A program made the position numbers and the translations under genes. A stretch of DNA of 64,000 nucleotides from Eledone cirrhosa (taxonomy: Eukaryota), in NCBI GenBank assembly GCA_964016885.1, contig OZ024740.1, forward strand, positions 336,908,001-336,972,000. Direction: 5' to 3'. The notes beneath the pieces are model-generated. The model searched no databases, was not told the origin of the DNA, and saw only the letters and a list, made by a program, of their open reading frames with translations. Below are positions 1-20,743 of the stretch, piece by piece. Positions within the stretch are counted from its first letter, which is position 1. Every line of letters begins with the position of its first letter.

Positions 1-1233
1 TAAAGTTAAGGTTTGTATATTGAAGGATTTGAGAAAAATAATGTAAAGTTAAGGTTTGTATATTGAAGGATTTGATAATATGTGCGAAGAAAAAGAAAAT
101 GTTAATATGTATTGAGAATAATGAGTTAGATGATAGGGAGAAAAGAATAATGAATTGAGGATGAATAACCTAGCGTCAAAAAAAATGTATATGTTTACGA
201 AGGATTTTTACAAGGTGATATAGAGTAAGAGTAATGAGTAAACAAGTATTATAGAATGTATAATAACCTTTGAAATAAGGTAGAAAGATGGGTATATTTT
301 TAAAAGAAGTGTATATATATGTGCCTTTGAGAAAAAGATTCTAAATTGATAAAGAATTGAATATTAGCTGTATACTTTGTGAAATGTTTTATGGAATTTA
401 TGCAAGCAGATAGAAAACAAGTCAGTGCGTCTATTTATTATAGAATCTAGATTAGAGATAATGGTAAATTTTTCATTTAGACAGAGATTGCAGATTTTAG
501 ATAGAGAACTGTTCAAGTATGAAGACGCAGAAGAAACCTTCTTCCAAAAGATGCTATATTTAATGTTTTTGTCTTTCAAGGACCATATGAGTTCTGAGAG
601 AGCCGTGTTGGTTCTTTTAAGTTTGTATTTAAAAGACGAATGATGGTTATAAAGATGAGCTTTAAAAGAGGTGGAAGTGGAGCCAAAATAGGTGAAGGAA
701 TTGGTGTCAGTTATAACTTTACATTCGTAAATTAAGTTTTTATCAAGACAATGGTTGTTGAGAGGACATTTATTTTTAATAGGGCAATTGCAATTGCAAT
801 TAGAGAGATTATTAATGAGTGACCTAGTGTTATCTATAGAAGGAATTGGATTGGAGAAGTTGTTTGCGATAGGAATAATAGTTTCTTGATTTAGAATGGG
901 ATTATGAACATTTAGCGAAGTTGTGTTTGACGTTGTATTTGGGGTTGTAGAAATTAGCCTAGGGTTTACGATGACGTCGGGAGTACTATTATTATGAAAT
1001 TCAGTGTTGGAAGGAAGAGATTTAGTATTTAGTATTTTATTGTTGTGTTTAGAGATAATGTTGGAAATGTTGGAGGATGTAGAATAAGAAAATTTTATGG
1101 TGTTAAATATTTTACTATAGATATGTGAGGGAGGGAAGCATTTATTTAAGGCACTAAAGAATAATTTAGGAATATTGTTATTAATAGAGATGGAGAAAGG
1201 AGCATTATACCAGATTATATTTTTGTATCTAGG
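1..1233 (-). mobile_element. Penelope-like retroelement (Naiad-type) 3' fragment: RT-thumb end, linker zinc knuckle and GIY-YIG endonuclease; 5' side truncated at a TA array
   Basis: Non-repetitive part of ORF 364..1362(-): [27 protein letters not shown] (CxCx5C), LIYECKV...YFGST (GIY-YIG variant), CNLCLNEK...NRRTD...CLH. The YI-repeat N-terminus is microsatellite. Confidence 0.8.
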
Positions 1234-1365
1234 TATATATATACATATATATATATATACATATATATATATACATATATATATATACATATATATATAT
1301 TCATATATATATATAGATATACATATATACATATATATATATATATACATATACATATACATATA
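1234..1365. repeat. (TA)n microsatellite with C interruptions
   Basis: Direct reading. Confidence 0.95.
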
Positions 1366-1540
1366 TTTTTATTTTAATTATATCTCATAGAAAATAATCC
1401 AACTGGCTTTCCACGAAATACATATAGTTAGCACCCCAAACACTAAATTTGGATTATACTAACGTATATCCTAATGTTTGTTGAGTGAGACGGTTACCAG
1501 TCGGAGTTTAGCTTAAAGCTTTCTCTGTTATTGTATTAAT

Positions 1541-1762
1541 TATATATATACATATATATATATACATATATATATATACATATATATATATACATATACA
1601 TATATACATATACATACATATATATATATACATATATATATATATACATATATATATATACATATACATATATACATATACATATATACATATACATATA
1701 TATACATATATACATATATATATATATACCTATATATATATATACATATATATATATAAAAA

Positions 1763-1844
<82 letters not shown>

Positions 1845-1866
1845 ATACATATACATATACATATAC

Positions 1867-1898
<32 letters not shown>

Positions 1899-1908
1899 AT
1901 ACATATAC

Positions 1909-1975
<67 letters not shown>

Positions 1976-2071
1976 CACCTATATATATATACATATATAT
2001 ATACATATAAATATACATATACATACACATATATATATACATATACATACATATATATAAAGATATATATA
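1541..2071. repeat. (TA)n/CATA compound microsatellite array
   Basis: Direct reading. Confidence 0.95.
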
Positions 2072-3620
2072 CATCATCATCATCATCATCATCATCATTT
2101 TACGTCCGCTTTTCCCTGCTTGCAAGGGTGGGACGGGTCTTATTCAGCACAGCATCTCTCCACTCGTCACGGTCCCTCGTCATCTCCACCGTGAGCTTCA
2201 ATGATCTGAGGTCTGTTCTCACCACCTCCGCCCATGTTTTTCGTGGTCTACCTCTACCACGTCTTCCTTCAACTGGCATTTCCTGGCACTTCTTCACCCA
2301 TCGGTCATCCTCCATGCGCATCACATGTCCATACCACCTCAGTCTCCTCTCCCGTACACTACATTCTATCCCTCTCAGACAGTTTCTCTCTCAACACATT
2401 TATGCTGGGTCGTTCACGCACATTTACACTGCACATCCAACAGAGCATGCTTGCCTCATTTCTCTCCAGCCGTCGCATATCTTCTGCGGTAGCTGCCCAT
2501 GTCTCACTACCATGCAGCATCGCGCTCCTCACACAGGCATCATACAACCGGCCTTTCGTACGCAGGGAGAAACCCTTCTTCGTCAACAGAGGAAGCAGCT
2601 CCCTAAACTTCTTACAACCCGTCCTTATTCTAGATACTATGGCCTCGGAACACCCTCCTCCCATGCTAATCTGATCTCCTAGGTACCGGAAGCTATCCAC
2701 CACTTCTATAGCGCCCTCTCGCATTTCAAAAATGTGTCTATCAGTGCGACTTCTACTGTCTAATTTCCCTGTACATCTACTGCATACATATTTCTCCCTA
2801 CCTGTTAGTTTGCCTGCTATCCCGCTACATCTCTTGTGTACCCAGGACCTACATTGTGTGCATTTTATAGAATTTATGCCAGTTCCTTTTCTGCATATCG
2901 AACATGGCCATTTCCCTGACGGAATCAGGGTTTTGTCCTCTTTTCTACTCATCAACACTTTTGTCTTAGCTAGATTTACTCTCAGTCCTCTTGCTTCCAA
3001 CTGCTGTTTCCATAGCCGGAATTTATTCTCTAGCTCCTCTACTGATTCTGCCATAAGAGCCAGATCGTCAGCATAGAGAAGTTCCCATGGACAGCCAGTC
3101 TTAAACTCCTCTGTTATGGCTTGAAGGACTATAATGAACAAGAGCGGGCTGAGGACCGAACCCTGATGTACTCCTACTTGTATCTGGAATTCCTCACTAA
3201 ACTCCATTCCTACCCTGACTTTACTGAGAGTACCTCTGTACAAAGTTTGCACTGTCCTTACAAGCCATTCCTCAACACCCAGCTTCCTTAGGGACCACCA
3301 GATGACAGATCGGGGTACCCTATCAAAGGCCTTCTCTAGGTCAACAAAGGCTAAGTATAGTGGCTTATTCTTCTCTAAGAACCTCTCTTGCATTTGTCTC
3401 ACCAAGAAGAGGGCATCTGTTGTACTCTTCCCAGGCACAAAACCAAACTGCATCTCATCTAGTTTGACCCTTTCTCTAATTAGTTGTGCTAAAATCCTTT
3501 CTGCCACTTTCATAACCTGATCTATCAGTTTTATACCCCTATAATTGCTCCTCTCCAAAGCATCCCCTTTACCTTTGTAGCAATTTATGAGAATACTGCT
3601 GCACCAGTCTTTGGGTATGA
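2072..3620 (-). mobile_element. RTE-clade LINE, 5'-truncated, RT with PHD-finger insertion, frameshift near 2385, (ATG)n tail
   Basis: [51 protein letters not shown]; (CAT)n at 2072-2098; 2-bp deletion relative to sister copy at 25861-26600. Confidence 0.95.
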
Positions 3621-4297
3621 CATACATATATATATACATATATATACACATATATATACACATATATATATACATATATATATACATATATATATACACA
3701 TATATATATACATATATATATACATATATATATACATATACGTATATATATATATATACGTATATATATATATATATATACATACATATACATATATATA
3801 TATATATACATACATATACATATATATATATATACATACATATACATATATATACATACATATACATATATATACATACATATACATATATATATATATA
3901 TACATATATACACATATATATATATATATACATATATACACATATATATATATACATACATGCACATATATATATATATATACATATATACACATATATA
4001 TATATACATACATATATACACATATATATATACATACATATATACACATATATATATACATACATGTACATATATATATATATACATACATATACATATA
4101 TATATATACATACATATACATATATATATATATACATATATACACATATATATATACATATATACACATATACATACATATACATATATATATATATATA
4201 TACATATATACACATATATATATATACATACATATACATACAAATATATATATATATATATACATACATATATATATACATACATATACATACATAC

Positions 4298-4360
<63 letters not shown>

Positions 4361-4387
4361 CATATATATATATACATATACATATAC

Positions 4388-4418
<31 letters not shown>

Positions 4419-4421
4419 CAC

Positions 4422-4454
<33 letters not shown>

Positions 4455-4471
4455 CATATATATACATATAC

Positions 4472-4502
<31 letters not shown>

Positions 4503-4505
4503 CAC

Positions 4506-4538
<33 letters not shown>

Positions 4539-4585
4539 CATATATATACATATACATATATATATATATATATACATATATATAC

Positions 4586-4620
<35 letters not shown>

Positions 4621-4621
4621 C

Positions 4622-4652
<31 letters not shown>

Positions 4653-4668
4653 CATATATATACATATA
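3621..4668. repeat. (TA)n/CATA/CACA compound microsatellite array, about 1 kb
   Basis: Direct reading. Confidence 0.95.
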
Positions 4669-4669
4669 T

Positions 4670-5010
4670 TCCCAATCTTTGCTCCCAAATACAGGAAGTC
4701 CTCAACCAATTCCAGTGGCTTCCCGCCTACATTAGTGATCCCCTCTGGCAGCTCAAAAGTAACACAGAGGAGACTGAGGTTAGCTGGAACTGCTCACCGA
4801 CATCCAGAGTTGACATTGCACGCAGTGCTCCTTTGGGAGCTCCTACATGGACACACTAGAAGAGGAAGACCAAGGTTAACGTATGTTGATGCCCTAAGGA
4901 CAGACACTGGTCTGCTGGAGACGCAGGACATAGCAGTGATAATGAGGGACAGAGACCGCTGGATAGAACTCGTCCATGGATCTCGGGAATTTTACCCGCC
5001 TTAGATAGAT
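4670..5010 (+). mobile_element. 3' end of a different RTE-like LINE family
   Basis: [13 protein letters not shown]...[29 protein letters not shown] then stop and TAGA-type tail. Confidence 0.8.
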
Positions 5011-5060
5011 ATACATATATATATATATACATATATATATACATATATATATACATATAC

Positions 5061-5091
<31 letters not shown>

Positions 5092-5132
5092 CATATATAT
5101 ACATATATATATATATATACATATATATATAC

Positions 5133-5213
<81 letters not shown>

Positions 5214-5222
5214 CATATATAC

Positions 5223-5303
<81 letters not shown>

Positions 5304-5408
5304 CATATATACATATATATATACATATATACATATATATATACATATATATATATAAATATATATATACATATATATATAGATATATATATATAAATAT
5401 ATATATAC

Positions 5409-5445
<37 letters not shown>

Positions 5446-5484
5446 AATATATATATACATATATATATACATATATATATATAT
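5011..5484. repeat. (TA)n microsatellite with C interruptions
   Basis: Direct reading. Confidence 0.95.
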
Positions 5485-8391
5485 CATCATCATCATCATC
5501 ATCAACGTTTAACGTCCGTGTTCCACGCTTGCATGGGTTTGGACGGGGGTAGTCCCACTTGAGGCAAGAGTGATTGTCTTGCTCGCATAGGACTGTCTGG
5601 CAGGTTTTCTACAGTTGGATGCCCTTCCTAACACCAACCACATTTACAGTGTGGGTCTGGGAGGTTTTTACCGTGTTGCCTACACGGCCACATTACAGCG
5701 TGGACTGTGTGTTTTTTTGTCGTGACACCTACACGATCTCATTTGTTTCGGCCTGGATGGCGCGGCACCAACATAACTTTACATAGAACGGGGTGGTGTG
5801 GATGGGGTGGGGGTGGCGGCGGGAGGGGTGTATTTTGTTAGAGATGCCTACTGGCAAGGCGGGTCTTCTCTGTTACTGAGTACCGCCAAAGGTCACGGTC
5901 CAGTGACATTGTCTTGGAGAGGTGTAAGTGTGTGAGGTCGGAGTTTATCAGCTCATCCCATGTTTTTCTAGGTCTGCCTATTCCGTGGCTACCGTCTATC
6001 TTTATTGCCCTGCACTTTGTAATACAGCTATCGACTTTCATGCGCATCACGTGTCCATACCAACGCAGCCTTCTCTCGAGTAAACAACATCTGATCCCTC
6101 TTATCTCTAATTTTTTCCTTAGTTCGTTTATGCTTTGCCGTTCACGTATATTACTGTTACACATCCAGCGGAGCATGCAAGCTTCGTTCCTCTCTAGTCT
6201 GCGTATATCCTCTGCACACAATGCCCAGGTCTCACTACCATGCAACATTGCTGTTCGTATGCAGGCATCGTACAACCTGCCTTTCATTTTTAGGGAGAAC
6301 CCTTTAGCAGCTAATAGTGGTATAAGCTCTCTGAACTTTTTCCAACCAGTTCTGACTCTAGCTACAGTACTTTCAGAGCACCCTCCCCCACTGCTGATTT
6401 TATCGCCCAGGTAACGGAAGCTGTCCACTATTTCTATAAAACCCTCTGCGCAATTGAAAGAGCTAGTATTTTGTGGGCACTTGCTGCTACTTATTGCACC
6501 AGAACACCGGCCACATGTAAAGTCTATGTTCTTAGTTAGCTTACCTGTGATCCCACTACATCTTTTATGCACCCATACTTTGCATTTAGGACATAAGATG
6601 GAGTTTCTACCTACGCCTTTCCTACATACCGAGCACGACCATTTCCCAGAAGGGACCGCCGCCTTGTTTTCTTTCCTACAAACTAGAACTTTGGTCTTAG
6701 CCAGGTTAATTTTAAGTCCTTTTTGACTCTAGGCCGTGCTTCCATGTTTGGAATTTCTTCTCTAGCTCGGCCATTGATTCCGCTATGAGTGTCAGGTCGT
6801 CTGCGTATAGGAGTTCCCATGGGCAGCCTGTCTTGAACTCCTCTGTTATAGCCTGAAGGGCAATAATAAATAGTAGGGGGCTGAGAACAGAGCCCTGATG
6901 GACGCCAACTTTTACGCTAAACTCTTCACTATATTCGTTGTTAATTCTAACCTTGCTGACTGTTTCTTTATACATGGCTTGTATAGCCCTCACAAGCCAT
7001 TCGTCAACGCCTAGTTTTCTAAGAGCCCACCAGATAATGGAGCGGGGGACTCTGTCGAAGGCTTTCTCCAGGTCGACAAAAGCTAAGTAGAGGGGTTTAC
7101 CTTTAGCTAGGTACTTCTCCTGTAGTTGTCGTACTATGAAAAGAGCGTCTGTGGTGCTTTTGCCTGACACAAACCCGAACTGCATTTCATCTAGATCAAT
7201 TCTCTCTCTGATTAGTTGCGCTATTACTTTTTCCGTGACCTTCATGACCTGGTCGATTAATTTAATGCCTCTATAGTTACTCCTATCTAGGGCGTCTCCT
7301 TTACCCTTATAACAGTTAACGATGATGCTGCTATGCCAGTCCTTCGGAACAACCCCATTCTGTACGACTTGGTTAACTATGCGGGTGACCATGGTGTGTC
7401 CCACCGTGCCAGATGCCTTCAGCATCTCAGCAACTATTTCCGAAGGCCCAGCCGCCTTACCAGTCTTCATATCCTTGATTGCCTTACTTATTATACTCCC
7501 CTCGACTAACACTGCTGGTCCCTCTATCGGGTCGATATGGGGGAGACTGTCTTTCTCCCATTTATTCTCCTCATTTAGTAGCCTTTCATAGTGACACTTC
7601 CAAGCTACCTTCTTATCAGTGTCGGTGATGGCAAGTATGCCATCATCGTTAAGTACACACTTCTCCCCGACAATATCACGGTTTTCCTTGACGCATTGCC
7701 TGGCAATCCTGAACACCTCACGTTTTTGGTCATCGCGTTGTAGAACATGCTTGAACTTTCTTTCCTCAGCTTCCCTTCTTGCTAAGTACACTTCTCTCCT
7801 AGCTTCCCTCCTGGCCACTTGATAGTCTACTCTACTTCCCCCATCCCGCCATACTTTCCAAGCCTGCTTTTTGGCCTTAATTGACCCCTCCACCTTACTG
7901 TTCCACCACCATGTTACTCTCCTCCTGCCTACAGGCCTGCTCCAGCCACAGACTTCGTCTGTCGCCAACAGCAGGTTAGCTTTCAGAAATTTCCACTGTC
8001 CCTCTATATTGTCCGATTCTAGATGCTCTTCCTTACTGTCGAAAGCATCAAGTAATATGCTTTGAAATTTATTTCTGGCTGTGGGGTCTTTTAGTTTCCA
8101 TATTTTCCTCCTGAGGATAGTCCTCTTCTGCTGTCGGGTGCGTCTCGTCCTGACTATGAGGTCGCTAATTATCAGTCTATGTTGGGAGGTGCATTCTTCA
8201 TGGGGGAGGGATTTAGTGTTTACAACAGACACTCTGTCACGTCTTCTGGTAAGGATATAATCTACCTGGCTTGTGTGTTCCCCGGATCTATAGGTAATCA
8301 GGTGATTGTCACGTTTTTTGAAGTTAGTGTTACAGATAGTTAGGTTATTTGCATCACAGTATTCCAGAATTCTGGAGCCTTCCTCATTTCT
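5485..8391 (-). mobile_element. RTE-clade LINE, 2.9 kb, C-terminal part of APE endonuclease plus RT with PHD insertion; frameshift in A-run near 6720; 3'UTR and (ATG)n tail
   Basis: ORFs 6712..9768 and 5838..6572: [42 protein letters not shown]; (CAT)n at 5485-5503. Confidence 0.95.
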
Positions 8392-8460
8392 AATATATAT
8401 ATATATATAAATATATATATACATATATATATAGATATATATATATAAATATATATATAC

Positions 8461-8505
<45 letters not shown>

Positions 8506-8518
8506 CACATATACATAT

Positions 8519-8551
<33 letters not shown>

Positions 8552-8809
8552 CATATACACATATATATACATATACATATATACATATATATATATATAT
8601 CTATACATATATATATATACATATATATATACATATACATATATACATATACATAAACATATATATATACATATATATATTTATATATATATATATACAT
8701 ATATATATATACATATATATATATACATATATATATACATATATATATACATATATATATATACATATATATATATACATAAACATATATATATACATAT
8801 ATATATTTA

Positions 8810-8841
<32 letters not shown>

Positions 8842-8867
8842 CATATATATATATACATATATATATT

Positions 8868-8899
<32 letters not shown>

Positions 8900-9012
8900 C
8901 ATATATATATATACATATATATATATACATATATATATATACATATATATATATACATATATATATATACATATATATATATATACATATATATATATAC
9001 ATATATATATAC

Positions 9013-9085
<73 letters not shown>

Positions 9086-9404
9086 TATATACATATATAT
9101 ATATACATATATATATACATATATATACATATATATATATATATGTACATATAAATACATATATATATATATACATATATATATATACATATATATATAT
9201 ATACATATATATATATACATATATATATATACATATATATATATATACATATATATATATACATATATATATATATACATATATATATATACATATATAT
9301 ATATACATATATATATATACATATATATATATACATATATATATATATACATATATATATATACATATATATACAAATATATATACATATATATATATAT
9401 ATAC

Positions 9405-9435
<31 letters not shown>

Positions 9436-9486
9436 TACATATATATATACATATATATATACATATATATATACATATATATATAC

Positions 9487-9529
<43 letters not shown>

Positions 9530-9558
9530 TACATATATACATATACATATATATATAT

Positions 9559-9593
<35 letters not shown>

Positions 9594-9628
9594 TACATAT
9601 ATACATATACATATATATATATACACAC

Positions 9629-9659
<31 letters not shown>

Positions 9660-9696
9660 AATATAGATATATAAATATACATATACATATATACAT

Positions 9697-9727
<31 letters not shown>

Positions 9728-9786
9728 TACATATATACATATACACATATATATATACATATATACATTTACATATACATATATAC

Positions 9787-9834
<48 letters not shown>

Positions 9835-9923
9835 ATAGATATATATATATACATATATATACATAATATATATATATATATATATATATACATTTATAAT
9901 GTATATATATATATATATATATA
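8392..9923. repeat. (TA)n microsatellite array with C interruptions, about 1.5 kb
   Basis: Direct reading. Confidence 0.95.
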
Positions 9924-12242
9924 CTCTTTTACCTGTTTCAGCCATCCGGCTGAGGCCATGCTGGGGCACCGCCCTTGTTGCTACACATTTTATCTCCAGC
10001 CTGTATAGGTTGGCCACTGGTGTAGGAGGGAGTTTGTTGCTGCTGCCCTTAGGTTTCCCTCGTGTCTTGCTGTGGGCTCATCCGGGATCCTGGATAACAA
10101 GGTGTCGAGATGTTTCTTAAAGACATCCACCTCCACGTCATGCAAGTCTCGCAGATGCCTCGGCAGCCCATTGAAGAGTTGAGGGCCCTTGAATCCCAGG
10201 CTATTGCAATACCTGCTCCTTATTCTAGATGTGGAAGACGGGACCTTTGGCACCACACAGTGACGTCCTGTTCGACGGTTGGTCCAGCTCCCAATGCCAA
10301 AGTTTAGTGCTAGTCCCTCCAGGATTTTCCACATGTAGATCACTGCGTATCTCTCCCGTCTTCGCTCCAAGGAGTAGAGGTTCAGTTCCTTTAGCCTCTC
10401 CCAGTAGCTTGTCTCCCTCATCTTGGCAATCCTCTTGGTGTAGCTTCGCTGGATTGCTTCAAGCTCCGTGGTTAGTTTGACACTATGGGGTGACCACAGC
10501 TGGGAGCAGTAGTCCAGGCGGCTTAGGACAAAAGTCCTCCACAGTGTCAACATGGTGTCTCGATCTCTTGTAAGGAAAGTCCTCAAGATCCAGCCAGCGA
10601 ATCGTCTACATGTTCTCGCCACCTTCATGATGTGTGAAGAAAAAGATGCATCATCGCTCATGTCTATGCCCAGGTCTCGTATCGATTTTGACACGGGGAT
10701 ATCGGTCCCTCCTGGTCCTGTGTAGCTGTGTTCCGCTATATTTGTGTTTGTGTTTGCAGGTTTGTATTGTAGGGCTTGGAATTTGCCAGCATTAAACTGC
10801 ATGTTGTTTTCTTCCGCCCATCTGTATATGGCATCCAGATCCTGCTGTAAGAGGGCAGCGTCAGCCGGGTTTTTGATTGCCTGTGCTACCTTAGTGTCAT
10901 CAGCATAGCTAGTGAGGGATGTTGTTGCATGCACCACAGAGGGCATGTCCGAGAGAGCCACCAAAAACAGTAGTGGTCCCAGGACTGTCCCCTGGGGCAC
11001 CCCACTTGTTATCGATGTTTCCCTCGAGAGGGCCCCATTTGCTGCGACTGCCTGGCTTCTGTCCCTTAGGAAGCCATGCAGCCACTCACCTACTTTTCCA
11101 GTTATGCCGAGTCCGTGTAGTTTGTGACATATCATTCCATGGTCGACCTTGTCAAAGGCCTTCGCAAAGTCAAGATATATCACGTCTACATGTGAGCTGT
11201 CTAGTAGTTGTCTCAGTACCCAGTCGTAGTGATGTAGCAGCTGTGTAAGGCAGCTTCTTCCTGGGCGGAAGCCATGTTCCGTGCTAGTCAGGCGGTCATT
11301 TTCTTCGAGGAAAGTGATTAGTTTCTTTCTGACGACTCGCTCCATGACCTTACTGATATGCAACGTCAGGGAGACTGGCCTATAGTTCTTGGCCTCCGCT
11401 CTACTACCTCCTTTATGGATAGGGCATATTGTGCCTTCTTTCAGCTCCCTGGGTAGTACACCGCTAGCCAAGGAGCTTCTGAAGAGCATCTTCAGTGGAG
11501 TTGCTAAGGCCCACTTACATATTTTTAGGAGAACTGCTGGGAATCCATCAGGTCCAGCAGCCGAGTCTGTTCTAATTTCATCAATGGCGTACACCACATC
11601 CTCCTCCGTTATGTCTATGTGGTTGATGGTTGCTATTTCTTGATGTAGTGTTGTGGCATCAAAGAACTCCTCTGGCTTCGTTATTTGCATGTGCCTCAGT
11701 GGACATGTGAAGACACTTTTGTACTGTTCGTTCAGTATTTCACATATCTCTTGGGGATTTTCGGTTAATGAACCGTCCGTGTGGAAGAGTGGTCCAATCT
11801 TGCAGTGTACTGAGGCAGTTTCTTTTGCAAATTTAAAGAAGGCCTTAGGGTTTGTTTTAATGTTTTCTATGGCCCTGTTCTCTTTCTTTGCCCTCTCATT
11901 CTCATGTGAAAGTTTGAGTGCAATCTCGGTGTCAAGTAGTGCACGTTTCAAATAGGATTCCTTCTTGTTTTGGTTTTGTTGACTATTCAACTGGTTTGAG
12001 AGTTTAGTTCTACATCTCATAAGGATTTTCCTATCTCTGGGAATAAGATTTTTGTGTCTGTTTGCCTCTTTCTCCGGGACACACTTTTTGCATATGGTGT
12101 GTATCGTTGTCATGAAGTATTGAAATTGTGTGTTAGTGTCTTGTGTGGCGATGTTTTCACTCCATGTTTGCTTCCGGATTTCACTCTTAATCTTTTTCCA
12201 GTTACCTTGTAGAAGTTAAGGTTGGATAGCGTCCCGGAGCAA
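9924..12242 (-). mobile_element. CR1/L2-group LINE, 5'-truncated, 707-aa open RT region, short 3'UTR
   Basis: AAGPDG, NYRPVSL, YLDFAKAFDKVDH, GVPQGTVLGP, YADD, LYSLERRRERY, IPDEP; upstream LNFYK/NWKKIK linker continues to about 12241 across a frameshift. Confidence 0.9.
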
Positions 12243-18430
<6,188 letters not shown>

Positions 18431-18529
18431 GCCTGAACCTTTACTCTTGTTTATAATTATCTAACACCATAATACCATAATTATAATTAATTTGTCAGTT
18501 TTACTTCCTGATTCTATGCTGCTAAAATA

Positions 18530-18699
18530 CTAGTCTGGTGGACTGTGAGGGGACAGAGTCGCCCACGACATTTGCGTTATTAACAAACTGAGAATAGAGG
18601 CTTGCATGTATATATATAATGAATAAGATGAATCAAAACACAGTGAGCAATCCCAAAACACTGAGATTCTGTCTGTATATCTCCAGTTTATATATATAA
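18530..18699 (-). mobile_element. Possible non-autonomous Helitron-like element
   Basis: Minus strand ends in CTAG|T preceded by an imperfect GC-rich hairpin; starts with TATATAAA-like end; same layout as 56540-57039. Confidence 0.35.
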
Positions 18700-19469
18700 T
18701 ATATATATACGTGTGTGAACCGGAGATTAGAGCAGTGATAAAGCCAAAGCTATGCTACACTACTACCATTGACTATAGAAATATTAATTACAGTCGGTAG
18801 CAGATATATCTTTTATGTATATATTTTCCCCTTATAATACAATACACACATATTCCTAGTAAGAAACATCTATTATATCCCTCCCTCCAGCTCTCTCTTA
18901 ACTTTAGTCCACGGCTCTTTAGGTAATGTTTTTTTTATTTTATTTTACAAGAGACTGAAGACATTGCAAATGGGGAAGTGTCAACAGTCACGAATGATCG
19001 ATCATTGTCTAAAATATTGCTAACTATTTTATTAACCATGGCATGATTTGCACTTAGAATGAGGAACCTCCAAATTAGATACTGTAAAAATAGTCAGGCA
19101 AAACCAGCTCAACCAAGCCAAATCAAATATAAAACATGCCTGTACTAAACACAAGCAGGTCTTTCCATACAAATATTAGCACTAAGAGAAAATGAGTCAG
19201 TTTATCCCCCAATGCTATAGTATAACTGATACTAGAGACACCAGAAAAATTATAAAAAGAAACATCAAGTTGGTCTCCATTATATAATTCTGTTCACGCC
19301 CAGCATGCATCGACCTCAGTACTTGCATGGAACCTCAATTTTAGTGACACCGGAGAGATGAAAGGCAAAATTGACCTTGGTCAAAATTAAACTCAGAACA
19401 ACTAAATACTGCAGATATTTCGTCTGAATCTCAAGTGATTCGGACAACTGCAAAACTGTATGTCAATGC

Positions 19470-19760
19470 TGAGGAGAGGAAGATAACTATATACCTTTTT
19501 CATACCGGTCGCCGTCAAGAACTCAGGTGTCATCGGTCCCCGCACTGCTGATTTCCTCCTTAAAATCGGAAAGACAGCAACCCGTCTGGAACCCTGTGAG
19601 GTGGTGTGGCTATTTCAGCGAGCGTCGCTGGCCATTCTTCGCGGCAATGCTTTTGCCATTTTGTCTGCGGGGCACAGCTGAAACACCGTTCGGACTGTCG
19701 CTCCAACCCCTCTCCATTTCTTTCGCTGTTTGTTTTTTCGTTTTCCCTACTGCCATGTAT
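19470..19760 (+). mobile_element. CRE-clade non-LTR retrotransposon 3' fragment (restriction-like endonuclease C-terminus)
   Basis: Translates FIPVAVKNSGVIGPRTADFLLKIG...EVVWLFQRASLAILRGNAFAIL. Confidence 0.75.
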
Positions 19761-20685
19761 ATTGCAGTTTTTATCACATTAAACAAGGTAATATTTATTG
19801 TAAATAGATCATCGACAATACCCATTCGTTTATATTACTTTATTTTATCGATGGATAAAAAAAAAATACTATATTAGATGGTATATCAGGCAACCCCTTT
19901 TTCCCCAAATATGACTCCAAAAATATCACACGGGTCTTATATACGAAGTTGAGGTATCTGGTTGACTAATGGTTTTACTTAATATTCTCTGCTGAAATGG
20001 AAAGGTATATTGTATGCCATCAAATACGGTATTTGAATGTTTACAGTTTGCGCTAGGAAAAGAATCAATAAAAGAAATTAAATGGAGAGAGGAGGCCTGA
20101 AGGATTAGTGTATGAGCGATAAAATCAATGTCAACAAGGTTCTGTAAATAACATCACCAACGATAAATAACAATACGAGCTAACAAGAGAATTTCTACGT
20201 GGCCATTCGAATTTCAAGAAATGACAGCCAAATCACAACCCACTGTCTTAACTCATGTGAAGTAACCAAATACTGATGATGGTTTTAAACGTCGTCATAT
20301 CGGACATTGTTATAAAAGAGATGAGATGTTGAAGAAGGACAAAGAAGTCAAATATCACTAACTAATACTGCTATCCTTCCTCCTTACCTAAAATTCCAAA
20401 CAATATGTTTGCTGTTAAAAATAGAAATCCCGGCTCGTCGTTCCTTTCCTGCTTAGGTTTTTCTCTGCAAACATTGAAGCCAAGGTGTCCAAAAGCTACG
20501 AGTATTATCCCTCTTCCCCAGTCTAAATAATTTCTTACATAGGCACAAATCCCAGATTTTGAGCGTACAGCCGAACCTAGTACTTAAGTGATAATTATTT
20601 TATCGCCATCGAAGGATGAAAAACAAAGTCTACTTTAACAGGATTTGAACTCAGATGTAAAAACGCCGACACTAACGTGTGTGTG

Positions 20686-20743
<58 letters not shown>

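Noticed and set aside
2128-11955. Plus-strand ORFs overlapping the LINEs
   Set aside because: Antisense shadows of RT coding frames with no recognisable motifs.
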